Source: Octopus sinensis (Eukaryota). Taken from it: a stretch of 40,128 bases of DNA. Below, in pieces: positions 26,796-38,785 of the stretch. Both the position numbers and the translations under genes were made by a program. The stretch spans positions 1-40,128 of the forward strand of contig NW_021835443.1 in the NCBI RefSeq assembly GCF_006345805.1, given 5' to 3'. The stretch's first letter is position 1; each line of letters opens with the position of its first letter. The notes under the pieces are model-generated. The model ran no database searches. It was given only the letters and a program-made list of their open reading frames with translations, and was not told the origin of the DNA.

Positions 26796-26889
26796 TATAT
26801 GACGAAACGCACGCATCCCTTTTTAAGTAAGATTGTTCTTGATATTAAGATTGTTCTTGATATTAACTTTGATGCGCACTCTTAACCTT

Positions 26890-27121
26890 TCTGTCCCATC
26901 CCATTCTCAGCCTTCATTCTTTGATTTCCTTTTCCTCTACTTAACTTGTCTCTCCCTCTCTCTCATTCTTCACTCTCTCTCTCTCCCTCTCTCATTCTTC
27001 ATGGTTTCCTCACAACCATTCCCCTTTCTTCTCTCCCTTTCTCTTGCTCCTCCTCCCCCCTTCCGTCGTTGAACCGCGACGAGACTTCCGCTACTGTCTT
27101 TTCTAGCTTGACCTCCTCAAG
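26890..27121 (+). promoter_or_regulatory. Probable promoter and non-coding first exon of a + strand gene
   Basis: CT-rich tract leading into a CpG-enriched patch with two CTTCCG (ETS-like) motifs; donor CAAG/gtgtgg at 27121/27122. Confidence 0.5.
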
Positions 27122-27326
27122 GTGTGGACGTCAATTCTTTTTGCTCCGTTCGTCGTTCACAAAAAATCAGCGTTCGTAATACTCTTTTTCGTTCGGCGTT
27201 ATCTTGTTTTTCCTTGTCCTGTCTTTTACTGCTTATATTTTGTACTGTCGTTACTGTCCTGTTTTTGTTACCATTTTTACCCCTCTGCGAAAAGATCTCA
27301 AATTTTAATTGATTTGCTTTTCACAG

Positions 27327-27409
27327 GAAGGGAAGTTTCTTATCGAAGATACGTCTCGCCTTCACCTTCGAAACGTAGAGTAGATGAAACCATGGCGACT
27401 GAAGAAGGG
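27327..27409 (+). CDS. Probable second exon containing a start codon (MATEEG..., ATG at 27392)
   Basis: Strong acceptor gatttgcttttcacag; ACCATGG Kozak context; weak donor GGG/gttatt. An out-of-frame ATG lies at 27384. Product unknown. Confidence 0.45.
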
Positions 27410-27503
27410 GTTATTTCTTTGTGTTAATTGTCCTGTACTCTATATTTTTTTGTTGTTAAAAAAATGTCCAGTTCCCTGGGTTTGTGTCTATGTTTTCGTT
27501 TCT

Positions 27504-27896
27504 CATTGTGTTCGACGTTTTTTTGGTGTCCTGTACTCATATATGCGTGTATATATACATGTAGAGGTTGGTACGTACATATATGTATATATATATGCAT
27601 ATGTTTTATTTATTAATATATATATATATATATATCATTGTGTTCGACGTTTTTTTGGTGTCCTGTACTCATATAGGCGTGTATATATACATGTAATGTT
27701 GGTACGTACATATATGTATATATATATGCATATGTTTTATTTATTAATATATATATATATATATATCATTGTGTTCGACGTTTTTTTGGTGTCCTGTACT
27801 CATATAGGCGTGTATATATACATGTAGAGGTTGGTACGTACATATATGTATATATATATGCATATGTTTTATTTATTAATATATATATATATATAT
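27504..27896 (+). repeat. Three tandem ~131-bp minisatellite units
   Basis: Units start at 27504, 27636 and 27767 (cattgtgttcgacgtttttttggtgtcctgtactcata...). Confidence 0.95.
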
Positions 27897-28264
27897 GTAT
27901 GTATATTATGATAAACACAGACATACTGATACATAAACATGCTTACAGACATGCACAGACGTACATAAGCTCTCTCACACAATTGTATTAAAATACACAC
28001 AAGTATCCATATAACTATTCGCACAAACACACACATGTAGATGTTGTGGGATATAGGTTAGTGCACTTTCCAAGTTGCTGAGCTCGAGCTAGTGCCTTGT
28101 TTTAATACCACCGCCCTCTCTCAATCGCATTTTCCCATGAGATCATACTTACATACAGGACGAGCTTAAGTTTATTGAGAAATGAAACGAATTCCCATTG
28201 AAGACGTTTAGAACAATGCTAAATAGAGGTCTGGCAATTATACAATATATGGGTGTATATTCTT

Positions 28265-28650
28265 TTATTCTTTTAATTTGTTTCAGTCATTTTGACTGCA
28301 GACATGCTGGAGCACCGCTTTTAGTCGAGCAAATCAATCCCAGGACTTATTCTTTGTAAGCCTAGTACTTATTCTATCCATATCTTTTGCCGAACCGCTA
28401 AGTTACGGGGACGTAAACGCGCCAGCATCGGTTGTCAAGCGATGTTGCGAGGACAAACACAGATACACAAACACATGCACACAACCATATAGACGACGGG
28501 CTTCTTTCAGTTTCCCTCTACCAAATCCACTCACAAAGGCTTTGGTCGGCCTGAGGCTATAGTAGAAGACACTTACACAAGGTGCCACGCAGTGGGACTG
28601 AACCCGGAACCATGTGGTTTGCAAGTAAACTACTTACCACGCAGCCACAT
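28265..28650 (-). mobile_element. Type 2 SINE, near full length
   Basis: Reverse complement of 21322-21712. Confidence 0.9.
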
Positions 28651-28774
28651 GTTTCAGAAATTGAACTGAAAACCGTCTTTTCGAAGCATTGAAATATATG
28701 GAGGCAATTTATAATCTAATCATTTTCTGTACTATGATTCTTTTATATAAACACATCCTCTATAACTCTCTTGT

Positions 28775-28983
28775 TTCTCTTTTACTTGTTTCAGTCATTT
28801 GACTGCGGTCATGCTGGGGCACCGCCTTTAGTCGAGCAAATCGACCCCAGGACTTATTCTTTGTAAGCGTAGTACATATTCTATCGGTCTCTTTTGCCGA
28901 ACCGCTAAGTTACGGGGACGTAAGCACACAACCATCAGTTGTCAAGCGATATTGGGTGGACAAACACAGACACACAAACACAC

Positions 28984-29021
<38 letters not shown>

Positions 29022-29190
29022 CTACATATATACGACAGGCTCCTTTCAGTTTCTGTCTACCTAATCCACTCTTAAGGCTTTGGTCGGTCCGAGACTATAG
29101 CAGAAGACACTTGCCCAAAGTGCCATGCAGTGGGAATGAACCCGGTACCATGTGGTTGGTCATCAAGCTACTAACTATACAGCCACATGA
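28775..29190 (-). mobile_element. Type 2 SINE, near full length
   Basis: Reverse complement of 21322-21712. Confidence 0.9.
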
Positions 29191-29734
29191 ATAAATAAAT
29201 AAAATTTAAAAACCATAAGCGATGACATGAAAGCATTTAGCACTGACCATCGAGACAGGACGGAAAGTGTTCGATTACAAATGCGGTCTCACCAAGAAAT
29301 AAAGTTCAGCCGATACACAATTGTACTTATAACAACGTTTGACTTTTGTCTTAAAAATTTAGCATTTATAGTATGTTAAAAGTAAACTTTCCAATCCAGT
29401 TTCTACTGAGAAGACGAAATAAGTCAACCCCGTTTTTCTTTTAGAAACCCAGTTAACAATTTTTCTAACTAAACTTTTCTATGTAATTCTGTAAGATATA
29501 TTTTAGTCTTAGTTATGCTTGTAATTGAATAGAAATTTGAACACCTTAACAATACTCCTATAATTGTTACATTTCGAATCGCACACGTTTCACTGTTCAT
29601 GAATTTTACCACATATTTCCGTATTTTGTCACTTGTGTTTCACAAGTATTTTGTTATTCCTACGTGAGATACAGACGTATGAACTAGAATGCCCTCAGTT
29701 GAACAAAATAGAAGTTAATTGATAAATATGTCAC

Positions 29735-29765
29735 TGTTCTTTTCTTTCTTCTCCGTAGGTGAGAG
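29735..29765 (+). other. Strong 3' splice site immediately followed by a 5' splice-site consensus
   Basis: gttcttttctttcttctccgtAG/GTGAGAg, junction at 29758/29759. Confidence 0.4.
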
Positions 29766-30301
29766 CTTATATTTCAATAGAGAATATTAACTTCTTAAAG
29801 AATTACAGATTCCAGACGACAAGATATTACATCAGCTGACTACGGAAGTGTTCATATAAAATTTCTATTATTTCTTGCTATAACAAATATCAGTTTATTC
29901 TTTCTTGCTTTTGTATTTTCTCTTTCATTTGAATGTGTTTAATTTTATCACCTTCGTTTATGCCAAGAGATTTTATAGGTGCCTTCTGGGTTTAACTTCC
30001 TTTATGGTTCTATCTATATCGAGCTTGACAGGTGATATTTTTGTTGTATTTCCTCTTTTAGACATTGCTTTAACCTACTTGTTAAGGCCAAATTCCATGC
30101 CAATGATATTTCTGTATTACTTTACAGTTGTTAGAAGTCTCAACTCTTGGTTATTCTCAACATAGAATTTCAGATCATCAACAACAACAAAAAAAAAAAA
30201 GGTTAATGCCTTCTTTTTTGCTCTTCATCTCATACTCATATCCCATGTCGTTGAGCTCACTTGATATTAGAGAGAGAGCAAGGCCAGAAAAGAGAGGAGA
30301 T

Positions 30302-30403
<102 letters not shown>

Positions 30404-30564
30404 GCTTTGTAATGTTCTGCAATTAATTTAAAGTTTATTTGACTATTAGATATCATGGAAGGTAATACAGTTCTATATTTAAGAGATGAGGAATTATGTA
30501 CGTCAGTTGCATTATTTACATTATTTACATTTGACGGATATTTGTCCTCATCTTGTTTGTTGTT

Positions 30565-30610
30565 AACACAACGTTTCGGCTGATATATCCTCCAGACTTC
30601 TTCAGGTGTC
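30565..30610 (-). ncRNA. Hammerhead motif (family 6), inverted arm
   Basis: Minus strand reads GACAC-CTGAAGA-A-GTCTG...CAGCC-GAAACGTT-GTGTT; one mismatch in stem II. Confidence 0.75.
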
Positions 30611-30730
30611 TTGGGGAAATTTCTGAGTTCGATTCCAAGCAGTTACCTGCACAATAACAACAACAACAATACTACTACTACTACTTACTACTACTACTAC
30701 TACTACTACTAATAATAATAATAATAATAA

Positions 30731-30761
<31 letters not shown>

Positions 30762-30902
30762 AAGAAGAAGAAGAAGAAGAAGAAGAAGAAGAAGAAGAAG
30801 AAGAAGAAGAAGAAGAAGAAGAAGAAGAAGAAGAAGAAGAAAAGGAAGAAGAACATCGAAAAATATCTTAAGAATGAGAACCCAGGTTCGAAATTTCACC
30901 AA

Positions 30903-30949
30903 GACACCTGATGAAGGGTTGGAGGGTATATCAGCCGAAACGTTGTGTT
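30903..30949 (+). ncRNA. Hammerhead motif (family 6)
   Basis: GACAC-CTGATGA-AG-GGTTG...CAGCC-GAAACGTT-GTGTT; G-U wobble in stem II. Confidence 0.8.
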
Positions 30950-31217
30950 AACAACAAACAAGATGAGGACAAATATCCGTCGAATGTAAATAATGTATCA
31001 TGGAAGTAGTTTGTAAATTTCTACGACTTCCAATATCACAGGCTCTTTTTAATAATCAATCAAATCAATGCATAGATTTCTCATTTAGGAGCAAAAGGTT
31101 TCTAGAATTATGTCATTAAGCAACACTTGAGCTTTGCATCCAAAAGAGTTCCGCTTCCCTCCTTTTGTTCTTGTGGAATGATTTCATTTTCATCACAGTA
31201 TTAGTATAGATGTCAGT

Positions 31218-31602
31218 GGAGGCGTAATGGCCCAGTGGTTAGGGCAGCGGACTCGCGGTCATAGGATCGCGGTTTCGATTCCCAGACCGGGCGTTGTGAG
31301 TGTTTATTGAGCGAAAACACCTAAAAGCTCCACGAGGCTCCGACAGGGGATGGTGGTGATCCCTGCTGTACTCTTTCACCACAACTTCCTCTCACTCTTA
31401 CTTCCTGTTTCTATTGTACCTGTATTTCAAGGGGCCGGCCTTGTCACTCTGTGTCATGCTGAATATCCCTGAGAACGACGTTAAGGGTGCACGTGTCTAT
31501 GGAGTGCTTAGCCACTTACACGTTAATTTCACGAGCAGGCTGTTCCGTTGATTCGGATCAACCGGAACCCTCATCGTCGTAACCGACGGAGTGCTTCCAT
31601 CC
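31218..31602 (+). mobile_element. tRNA-Arg-like SINE (type 3), full length, 15-bp TSD
   Basis: A box TGGCCCAGTGGTTAG and B box TTTCGATTCCC; AGTATAGATGTCAGT at 31203-31217 and 31603-31617. Confidence 0.9.
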
Positions 31603-32093
31603 AGTATAGATGTCAGTACTTGGTACCTCGTAATAAGACATCTTATTGACCTATAGTGTATTTTGTGTTTTGTTTCATCTGCTTTTCTCTGATTGTATGT
31701 TCTGCCTTGTGTCAGCCAGTTCAGGATTTCGTTCCTGATTTGTATTATAGACATAATTTCATGTGAGTGCATTTAACAAAAAGTTAGGTATTTGGTCTGT
31801 TCTAGGTGATTTGCATTTAGCTGATTGTCTAAATGCCTGCCTTAGCTCTCGCAGCTCTCTTTCAAATCATTCCTGATGGTTAATACCTCTCATTCTGTCT
31901 ATTTCTCTTTTAATCGATTCAGCTCCTTCATTGACATTTTTTACTGCTCCATATCACCTGGTAAAATTAGGTTTAGTCAGTTTCAAAGATTTCATATTTT
32001 TTGTTCTAGAACTTGCATCTCTTTTTTCATCTAACTACCTGAGCCATGACCTGGATGCATTGCTTCAAAGACTTTTTGGTGTTCTGTAGATTC

Positions 32094-32162
<69 letters not shown>

Positions 32163-32182
32163 AATTATTACTATTGCTATTC

Positions 32183-32272
<90 letters not shown>

Positions 32273-32537
32273 TATTATTATAATATCATAAACTGTATCC
32301 ATCGAAGTGTTGCATATTCGTTAATTATAATCAGAAATACATAAATTTCAAAACTATTTATGCAGAACAATTCTATAAACCATTGTTTCTCCTTGTATTA
32401 GATAAATATACATGCACACATGTATTATTATTATTATTATTATCATTATTATTATTATTATTATTATTATCCTCATCATCATCATCATCATTATTATTAT
32501 TGTTATTATCCTCCTCCTCATTATTTTGATAATGGCA

Positions 32538-33285
32538 TGACGGCGAGCTGGCAGAAACGTTAGCACGCCGGGCGAAACGCATAGCCGTATTTCGTCTGAC
32601 GTTACTCAGTATTCTGAGTTCAAATTTCGCCGAGGTCGACTTTGCCTTTCATCCTTTCGGGGTCGATAAATTAAGTACCAGTTACGCACTGGAGTCGATG
32701 TAATCGACTTAATCCGTTTGTCTGTCCTTATTTGTCCTCTCTGTGTTTAGCCCCTTGTGGGTAGTAAAGAAATAGGTATTTCGTCTGTCGCTACGTTCCG
32801 AGTTCAAATTCCGCCGAGGTCGACTTTACCTTTCATCCTTTTGGGGTCGATTCAATAAGTACCAGTTATGCACTGGGGTCGATGTAATCGGCTTGATCCG
32901 TTTGTCTGTCCTTGTTCGTCCCCTCTGTGTTTAGCTCCTTGTGGGTAGTAAAGAAATAGGTATTTCGTTTGCCGGTACGTTCTGAGTTCAAATTCCGCCG
33001 AGGTCGACTTTGTCTTTCATCCGTTCAGGGTCAATAGATTAAGTACCAGTTACTGGGGTCAATATAATCGGTCAGTCCTTGTTTGTCCTCTCTATGTTTA
33101 GCCCCTTGTGGACAATAAAGAAATTAGAATCGTTAGCAAGCCGGGCGAAATGCTTAGCGGTATGAGTTCAAATTCCGCCGAGCTCCACTCTGCCGTTCAT
33201 CATTTCTGGGTCGATGAAATTAGTACCAGTAAAATACTGGTGTCGATGTAATCGACCAGTCCTCCCACCCACAAATTTCAGAAAG
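32538..33285 (+). mobile_element. Tandem array of type 1 SINE units
   Basis: A full head at 32538, units restarting at ggtatttcgt (32775, 32959), and a fourth copy at ~33126 with a different tail. Confidence 0.9.
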
Positions 33286-33894
33286 GATTATTTTTAGTAG
33301 TAGTATTTCGTTATCATTATTAGCGTTCTCATCATTCGTTCCCTTAAATCTGAAATTCATTAAATCTGAGACTGAGAAGCTGCGGTTGTATTCTATGTAT
33401 GTATTGGATAGGCTTTGCAATTATCTTTGCTTTTCTGCGTCGGAGTAATATTCATGAAAATTAAGAAATGATGTCAAAGACAAGATAAAGTGTTGATGCG
33501 GCTGCATTCCTGCCAGGTTGATGTATGATGTAGCGGGTCCTTTTACTTGGGGATTGGGATATAAACGAAATCATTGAAATGGAAATTTGCGAAGACTTGA
33601 CCGAAAATTAATGGTTAATGAAACTTTTCCTTTATAAGGAAGAGATATATTAATTGAATTCCATTGATAAATGTCGATTGAAAAGTGAAATGCTACGAAG
33701 ATGTTAGTTGTGAAGACGAGTGGTGAGATGGCGATAGTAGAGTGATATATTCTGTTGAGTGGCCAAGATTGGTTAAAGTGGTTATAGTAAGTGAAGCTGG
33801 TAGGGTTGATGCAGGAAGAGAGATGGATGGAAGGAAAAAAAGCAGAATGCAATTTGTTGTAATCTGAAATGATACGGACGAATTTCAAAAATCA

Positions 33895-33955
33895 AATATG
33901 ATGACGATGATGATGACGATGATAATGATGACGCCGACGACGACGACGAAGATGA

Positions 33956-33987
<32 letters not shown>

Positions 33988-34015
33988 ATGATGATAATGA
34001 TGATGGTGGGGGTGG

Positions 34016-34056
<41 letters not shown>

Positions 34057-34075
34057 GTGATGATAACGACTGTCA
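33895..34075. repeat. Compound (GAT)/(GAC)/(GGT)n microsatellite
   Basis: Direct inspection; abuts the 3' end of the R4 element. Confidence 0.95.
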
Positions 34076-34089
34076 TTATTATTTCTCTT

Positions 34090-36050
34090 TATCACAAGTT
34101 TTGTTAGAGCTCCTGGATTCTTACATGCATAGCGGGTTTGATACCTACAACCTACGGTACCATGCTATCCATTCTTTTCAGTTATCTAATACTTTCCTGA
34201 TTATTCTGGCCGTGACAAGGAGGCCAAACCTTTTGTAACAGTTCTACTGGGCACTCTATTCCAATTTCCTTTATATTCCACTTGATACCTTCTGTTATTG
34301 TTCCAAAGGACCTAACAAAGGACCTAATAATTGGCACTATCTTCACTTTCTTCATTTTCCATACCCGGGCTATTTCTATTTATTTATCTTCATGCCTTCC
34401 TTCTTGACTATTCGTGGGTCAAAGGAACATGCAACATCAACTATATAGTATATGTAGTGCATCTTGTCCACCACTGCTAAGTTCGGTCTGTAATGCTCTA
34501 GCACCTGATCTGTTTGGATTGGGAAACCTCAGAACATTTTGCTGGCATCTGACCCCACTACTCTCTGCAGTTTGTACTCATATCCCGCCCTGTCTCTCTT
34601 CATGTATAGGCAACCAGTGTCTGCACGTAAATGATGGGCACCATGCATCGTTAGAAGCTTTCTTGACTTTCTGCCTATTTCTTTTAGTTCCTTCTCTGGT
34701 TACTTCAGGATTCCAGCGTCATACCTATTTCTTTATTAACCACAAGGGGCTAAACACAGAGGGGACAAACAAGGACAGACATAGGTATTAAGTCGATTAC
34801 ATCGACCCCAGTGCGTAACTGGTACTTAATTTATCGACCCCGAAAGGATGAAAGGCAAAGTCGACCTCGGCGGAATTTGAACTCACAACGTAATGCAGAC
34901 GAAATACCTATTTCTTTATTACCCACAAGGGGCTAAACACAGAGAGGACAAACAAGGACAGACAGACAGATTAAGTTGATTACATCGACCCCAGTGCGTA
35001 ACTGGTACTTAATTTATCGACCCCGAAAGGATAAAAGGCAAAGTCGACCTCGGCGGAATTTGAACTCTCAACGTAACGGAAGACGAAATACCGCTAAGCA
35101 TTTCGCCCGGCGTGCTAACGTTTCTGCCAGCTCGCCGCCTTCCAGTGCCATACCGATCTACTGCGACTGCGCGCGAGTCGATTGCCGAAATTATGATTCT
35201 GACATTTAGCTTTGAAGCTAATATTTTTATCACTCCTTGCGGGTGCTCTCTTTTTGTCTTTTCCTGTTTTTGTCATTGTGTTTGATTCCGTCTGCTTCAA
35301 GTATTCCCAGGTATTTATACCTGCATTGAGATGGAATTACCTTCAGCATTTCACCACTTGTCAACCATATGCCTTCTGCTTTGAAAAACTTTCCTTGCCT
35401 CATCACTATCATAGCACATTTTCAGAGTCCAAACTCCATCTTAATATCATTGGAGAAATTCCGCACAGACCGGTTTAGGCTGTCCAGTTCTTCTGTTTTT
35501 ATGAATAGCTTCAAATCGTCCATGAATATAGTGAGTGGTTCAGGTACCCTTACGCCTTCCCAAATTCGATTTATTGTAGTATTTCACTCAAGGGAAACAT
35601 TCCAAACCCGAATATTAATAGGAGATACACTGTCCCCATGGAAGATCCCACTCTTGATTTTTACCTCTCTTAATACTTTATTCCCAGCTGTCAATTCCGT
35701 TCTGCTGCATGTCATGCTATCCCATATAAATCCTCTCATCTTTTCAGCTAATCCACCCATTTGAGGTATCATATCGTAGGCTTTACGATAGTCAACCCAT
35801 GCCATTCTCAGGTTTGTGTGTCTTCTCTTGCAGTTCCCAATAATTAGATTATGAATTAAGAGATGCTTCTTCGTTCCCTGCTGTTCTTTCGGCACCCTTT
35901 CTGTTTAATAGGTAGCAGCCCACTATTTTCCAGCTTTCTATACAGTTCACTGGTTAACACACTTGACATTAGGGTCCACATTAGCCGAAGGCACGTTATT
36001 GGACTAAAGTTGGATGCAACATTTCACTTTTCAGCATCCTTTGCACACAA
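34090..36050 (-). mobile_element. Decayed R4/Dong-clade LINE (RT plus RLE, internal deletions)
   Basis: NFSPITCLRLMW, QKGCRKNS, LRMAWVDYRKAYDM, GIFHGDSVSP, YKYLGILEADG, RKLLTMHGAHH, FPIQTDQVLEHYRPNLAVVDK...IVDVACSFD. Confidence 0.9.
34726..35139 (-). mobile_element. Type 1 SINE dimer inserted into the R4 element
   Basis: Flanked by TTCCAGCGTCATACC (34711-34725) and TTCCAGTGCCATACC (35140-35154), 13/15 identical. Confidence 0.85.
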
Positions 36051-36064
36051 CAATGGCTTTTCCT

Positions 36065-36084
36065 TTATTGTTGTTGCTGTTGCT

Positions 36085-36135
<51 letters not shown>

Positions 36136-36430
36136 CTTGTTCTTCTTCTTCTTCTTCTTCTTCTTCTCTTCTTCTCTCTTCTTCTTCTTCTTCTTCTTCT
36201 TCTTCTTCTTCTTCTTTCTTCTGCTCTCTTCTTCTGTTTTCTTCTTCTTCTTCTCTTCTTCTTCTTCTTCTCTCTTCTTCTTCTTCTTCTTCTTCTCTTC
36301 TTCTTTCTTCTTCTTCTTCTTCTACTCTATTCTTCTTCTTCTTCTTCTCTCTTCTTCTTCTACTTTCTTCTTCTCTTCTTCTTCTTTCTTCTTCTTCTTC
36401 TTATTATTATATTATTATTATTATTATTCA
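36065..36430. repeat. Compound (GTT)/(CTT)/(ATT)n microsatellite
   Basis: Direct inspection; explains the poly-L/F/S ORFs. Confidence 0.95.
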
Positions 36431-36609
36431 AGAAGATCTATGAGAATGTTCTTACTATGCTTGATGTGCTACAAAAGCCAAATCTCCTGCGAGTCACTAT
36501 TCCCAAGCGCACACACGGTACGCACACCAAACAGATATCCATGCACACTCACATGTATAACACAACTATGTGTGTGTTTGTGTGCGTGTGTATATTTTCC
36601 CATATAAAT

Positions 36610-36658
<49 letters not shown>

Positions 36659-36725
36659 CGTATATATATATACGTATATATTTATATATATGTGTGTGTT
36701 CGTATTTTTACATGCATATATATAT

Positions 36726-36768
<43 letters not shown>

Positions 36769-36793
36769 CACCATATATATATATATATACAGT

Positions 36794-36826
<33 letters not shown>

Positions 36827-37785
36827 ATAGATACATGCATACGCACAAAAGTACATACACACATAGATAAACGTTCATACATAGCCACAAATACATACAC
36901 TTTTCTACATAGACATTTTCATCTATATACATTTTTTTACCTCTGTCCTTTTTTTCATTTATGCACACACACGCTGAATGCGCACGCTAACATACACACA
37001 CACATAGATATAATGTACAAGCACATGTACTAATTAGCATATAAAATCCAATATGATGCAGTGCTCGGTCAAGGTTACTGAACTTGAAGTGTTTGAACGT
37101 GGGTGAATTTATTCCAAATCACGATGATTTGTGTATCAATGATTTAAGTGTAAAGATTTACAACAACGTAATCGCAGTTTCTTTCATCATCTGTGTAAAA
37201 ATTAGGAAGTCACTGTATTTGTTTTCTTTTTGTATGCCATTGAAGATCTTGTTGGTGACTGCGCATGTTTCACAAACATCATAGCATTTTCTCATAAAAG
37301 AAATACTAAAAAAAACATCCATCAATTGGCCGTCGGCTATTGCAGACTGAAGAGTTTCCTTTATAATATAATTCAAATTACTTGATTTTAATTCCTGAAT
37401 ATAATGCCCAGGCAAAATCGTTTGGGATTTATGACATAACGGTATATCTATGATGGTTATATCTGAATGTGAAATGGTTTGTAGTTGAACTTTTATAACT
37501 TTGGCTCCGAGGAAATTGCTGTTACTCTTGAATAATGTAGGCTGGATGGAACTGGTTAAAGAATAATTTATCATATAATGTATTTCCATTAGCGCAAATT
37601 ATTGTTAATACAACTACAATTTTCATTTACATTGGCAATTGTTGATGTCATAATTTTCTTTAGTGTTAATCTTATTTGGAGAGGTAGCGAAAATTTCTGT
37701 ACGAGAATTGTTGACGTTAATACAATTACTGCCTCCATTGGAAAGTTTACTTCATTAGACCTACAAAGAAAACAGTAGATAGCAA

Positions 37786-37861
<76 letters not shown>

Positions 37862-38379
37862 TAGAGTTCTGGGCCCTGTTATTAATCATTTGCATACAAG
37901 CACACCCATTGATACAGTGTGTGTACGTATCAATTATAAAGTTATTTACGGACATATACTTAATAAGCAACAGTTTGCCTCACTATATACACGTACGCTC
38001 ACGCTGTCTTAGAAGTAATGTAATATACAGTAGGTACTTAAACATAAATAAGCTCACATATATAGGCGAGCAAATACACCACAAATACTGCAATCGCCTA
38101 TAAAATGAAACACTTTCATTAAGCGAAAGCAACAAAACTGCATCCAAAACAAACTTGTACATGCAGATATAAGTACAGAAACTGTATGTGGTGATGACCT
38201 TACCCAACAACGCACTACACTTAGAATTACACGTACATATACACATACATACACCCATATATACAGTATTGTATAGAAATAATTTGAAGTGCAAGTCAGT
38301 CGAGCGACTTCTTTTCCGTTTCTCCCCCATGTATTATACAACACTCTTCCTAGACAAGCAGTAAATGAACAAATAATAA

Positions 38380-38506
38380 TGCCGAACCGCTAAGTTATGG
38401 GGACGTAAACAGACCAGTATCGGTTGACAAGCGATGCTAGGGGGACAAACAGTCACACAAACATATATACACATATACATATATATATATAATATATATA
38501 ATATAT

Positions 38507-38538
<32 letters not shown>

Positions 38539-38785
38539 CATATTTATATATATAATATTATATATATATATATATATATAATATATATATATATATATTA
38601 TAATATATATATATATATATAACATATACGACGGGCTTCTTCCAGTTTCCGTTTACCAAATCCACTCACAAGGCTTTGGGCGGGCCGAGGCTATAGTAGA
38701 AGACACTTGCCCAAGGTGCCACGCAGTGGAACTGAACCCGGAAACATGTGGTTGGTAAGCAAGCTAATTAACCACACAGCCACAC
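38380..38785 (-). mobile_element. Type 2 SINE lacking its 3' tail; an older + strand tail follows at ~38805-38915
   Basis: Match to 21322-21712. Confidence 0.85.

Larger units (their letters stand above)
30462..30995 (+). mobile_element. Family 6 hammerhead fold-back element, copy 2, with exact 11-bp TSD
   Basis: TATCATGGAAG at 30451-30461 and 30996-31006. Inverted tail (~30470-30622), truncated tRNA head with B box GAGTTCGATTCC (~30625), trinucleotide linker, forward tail. Confidence 0.9.

Noticed and set aside
27340-27380. Hammerhead near the putative exon 2 (TCGAAGA...GAAACGTA)
   Set aside because: The core is not CUGA and there is no stem II. Other lone CTGANGA hits (4333, 10811, 11022, 14245, 38978) also lack GAAA and stems.
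26679-27896. CRISPR-like array
   Set aside because: Units are identical tandem repeats without unique spacers, in a eukaryotic context with no cas genes.
33571-33888. Penelope ORF fragment (ISLPYKGKVS resembles a PLE linker motif)
   Set aside because: Single short motif in CT-biased sequence; no RT or GIY-YIG residues around it.
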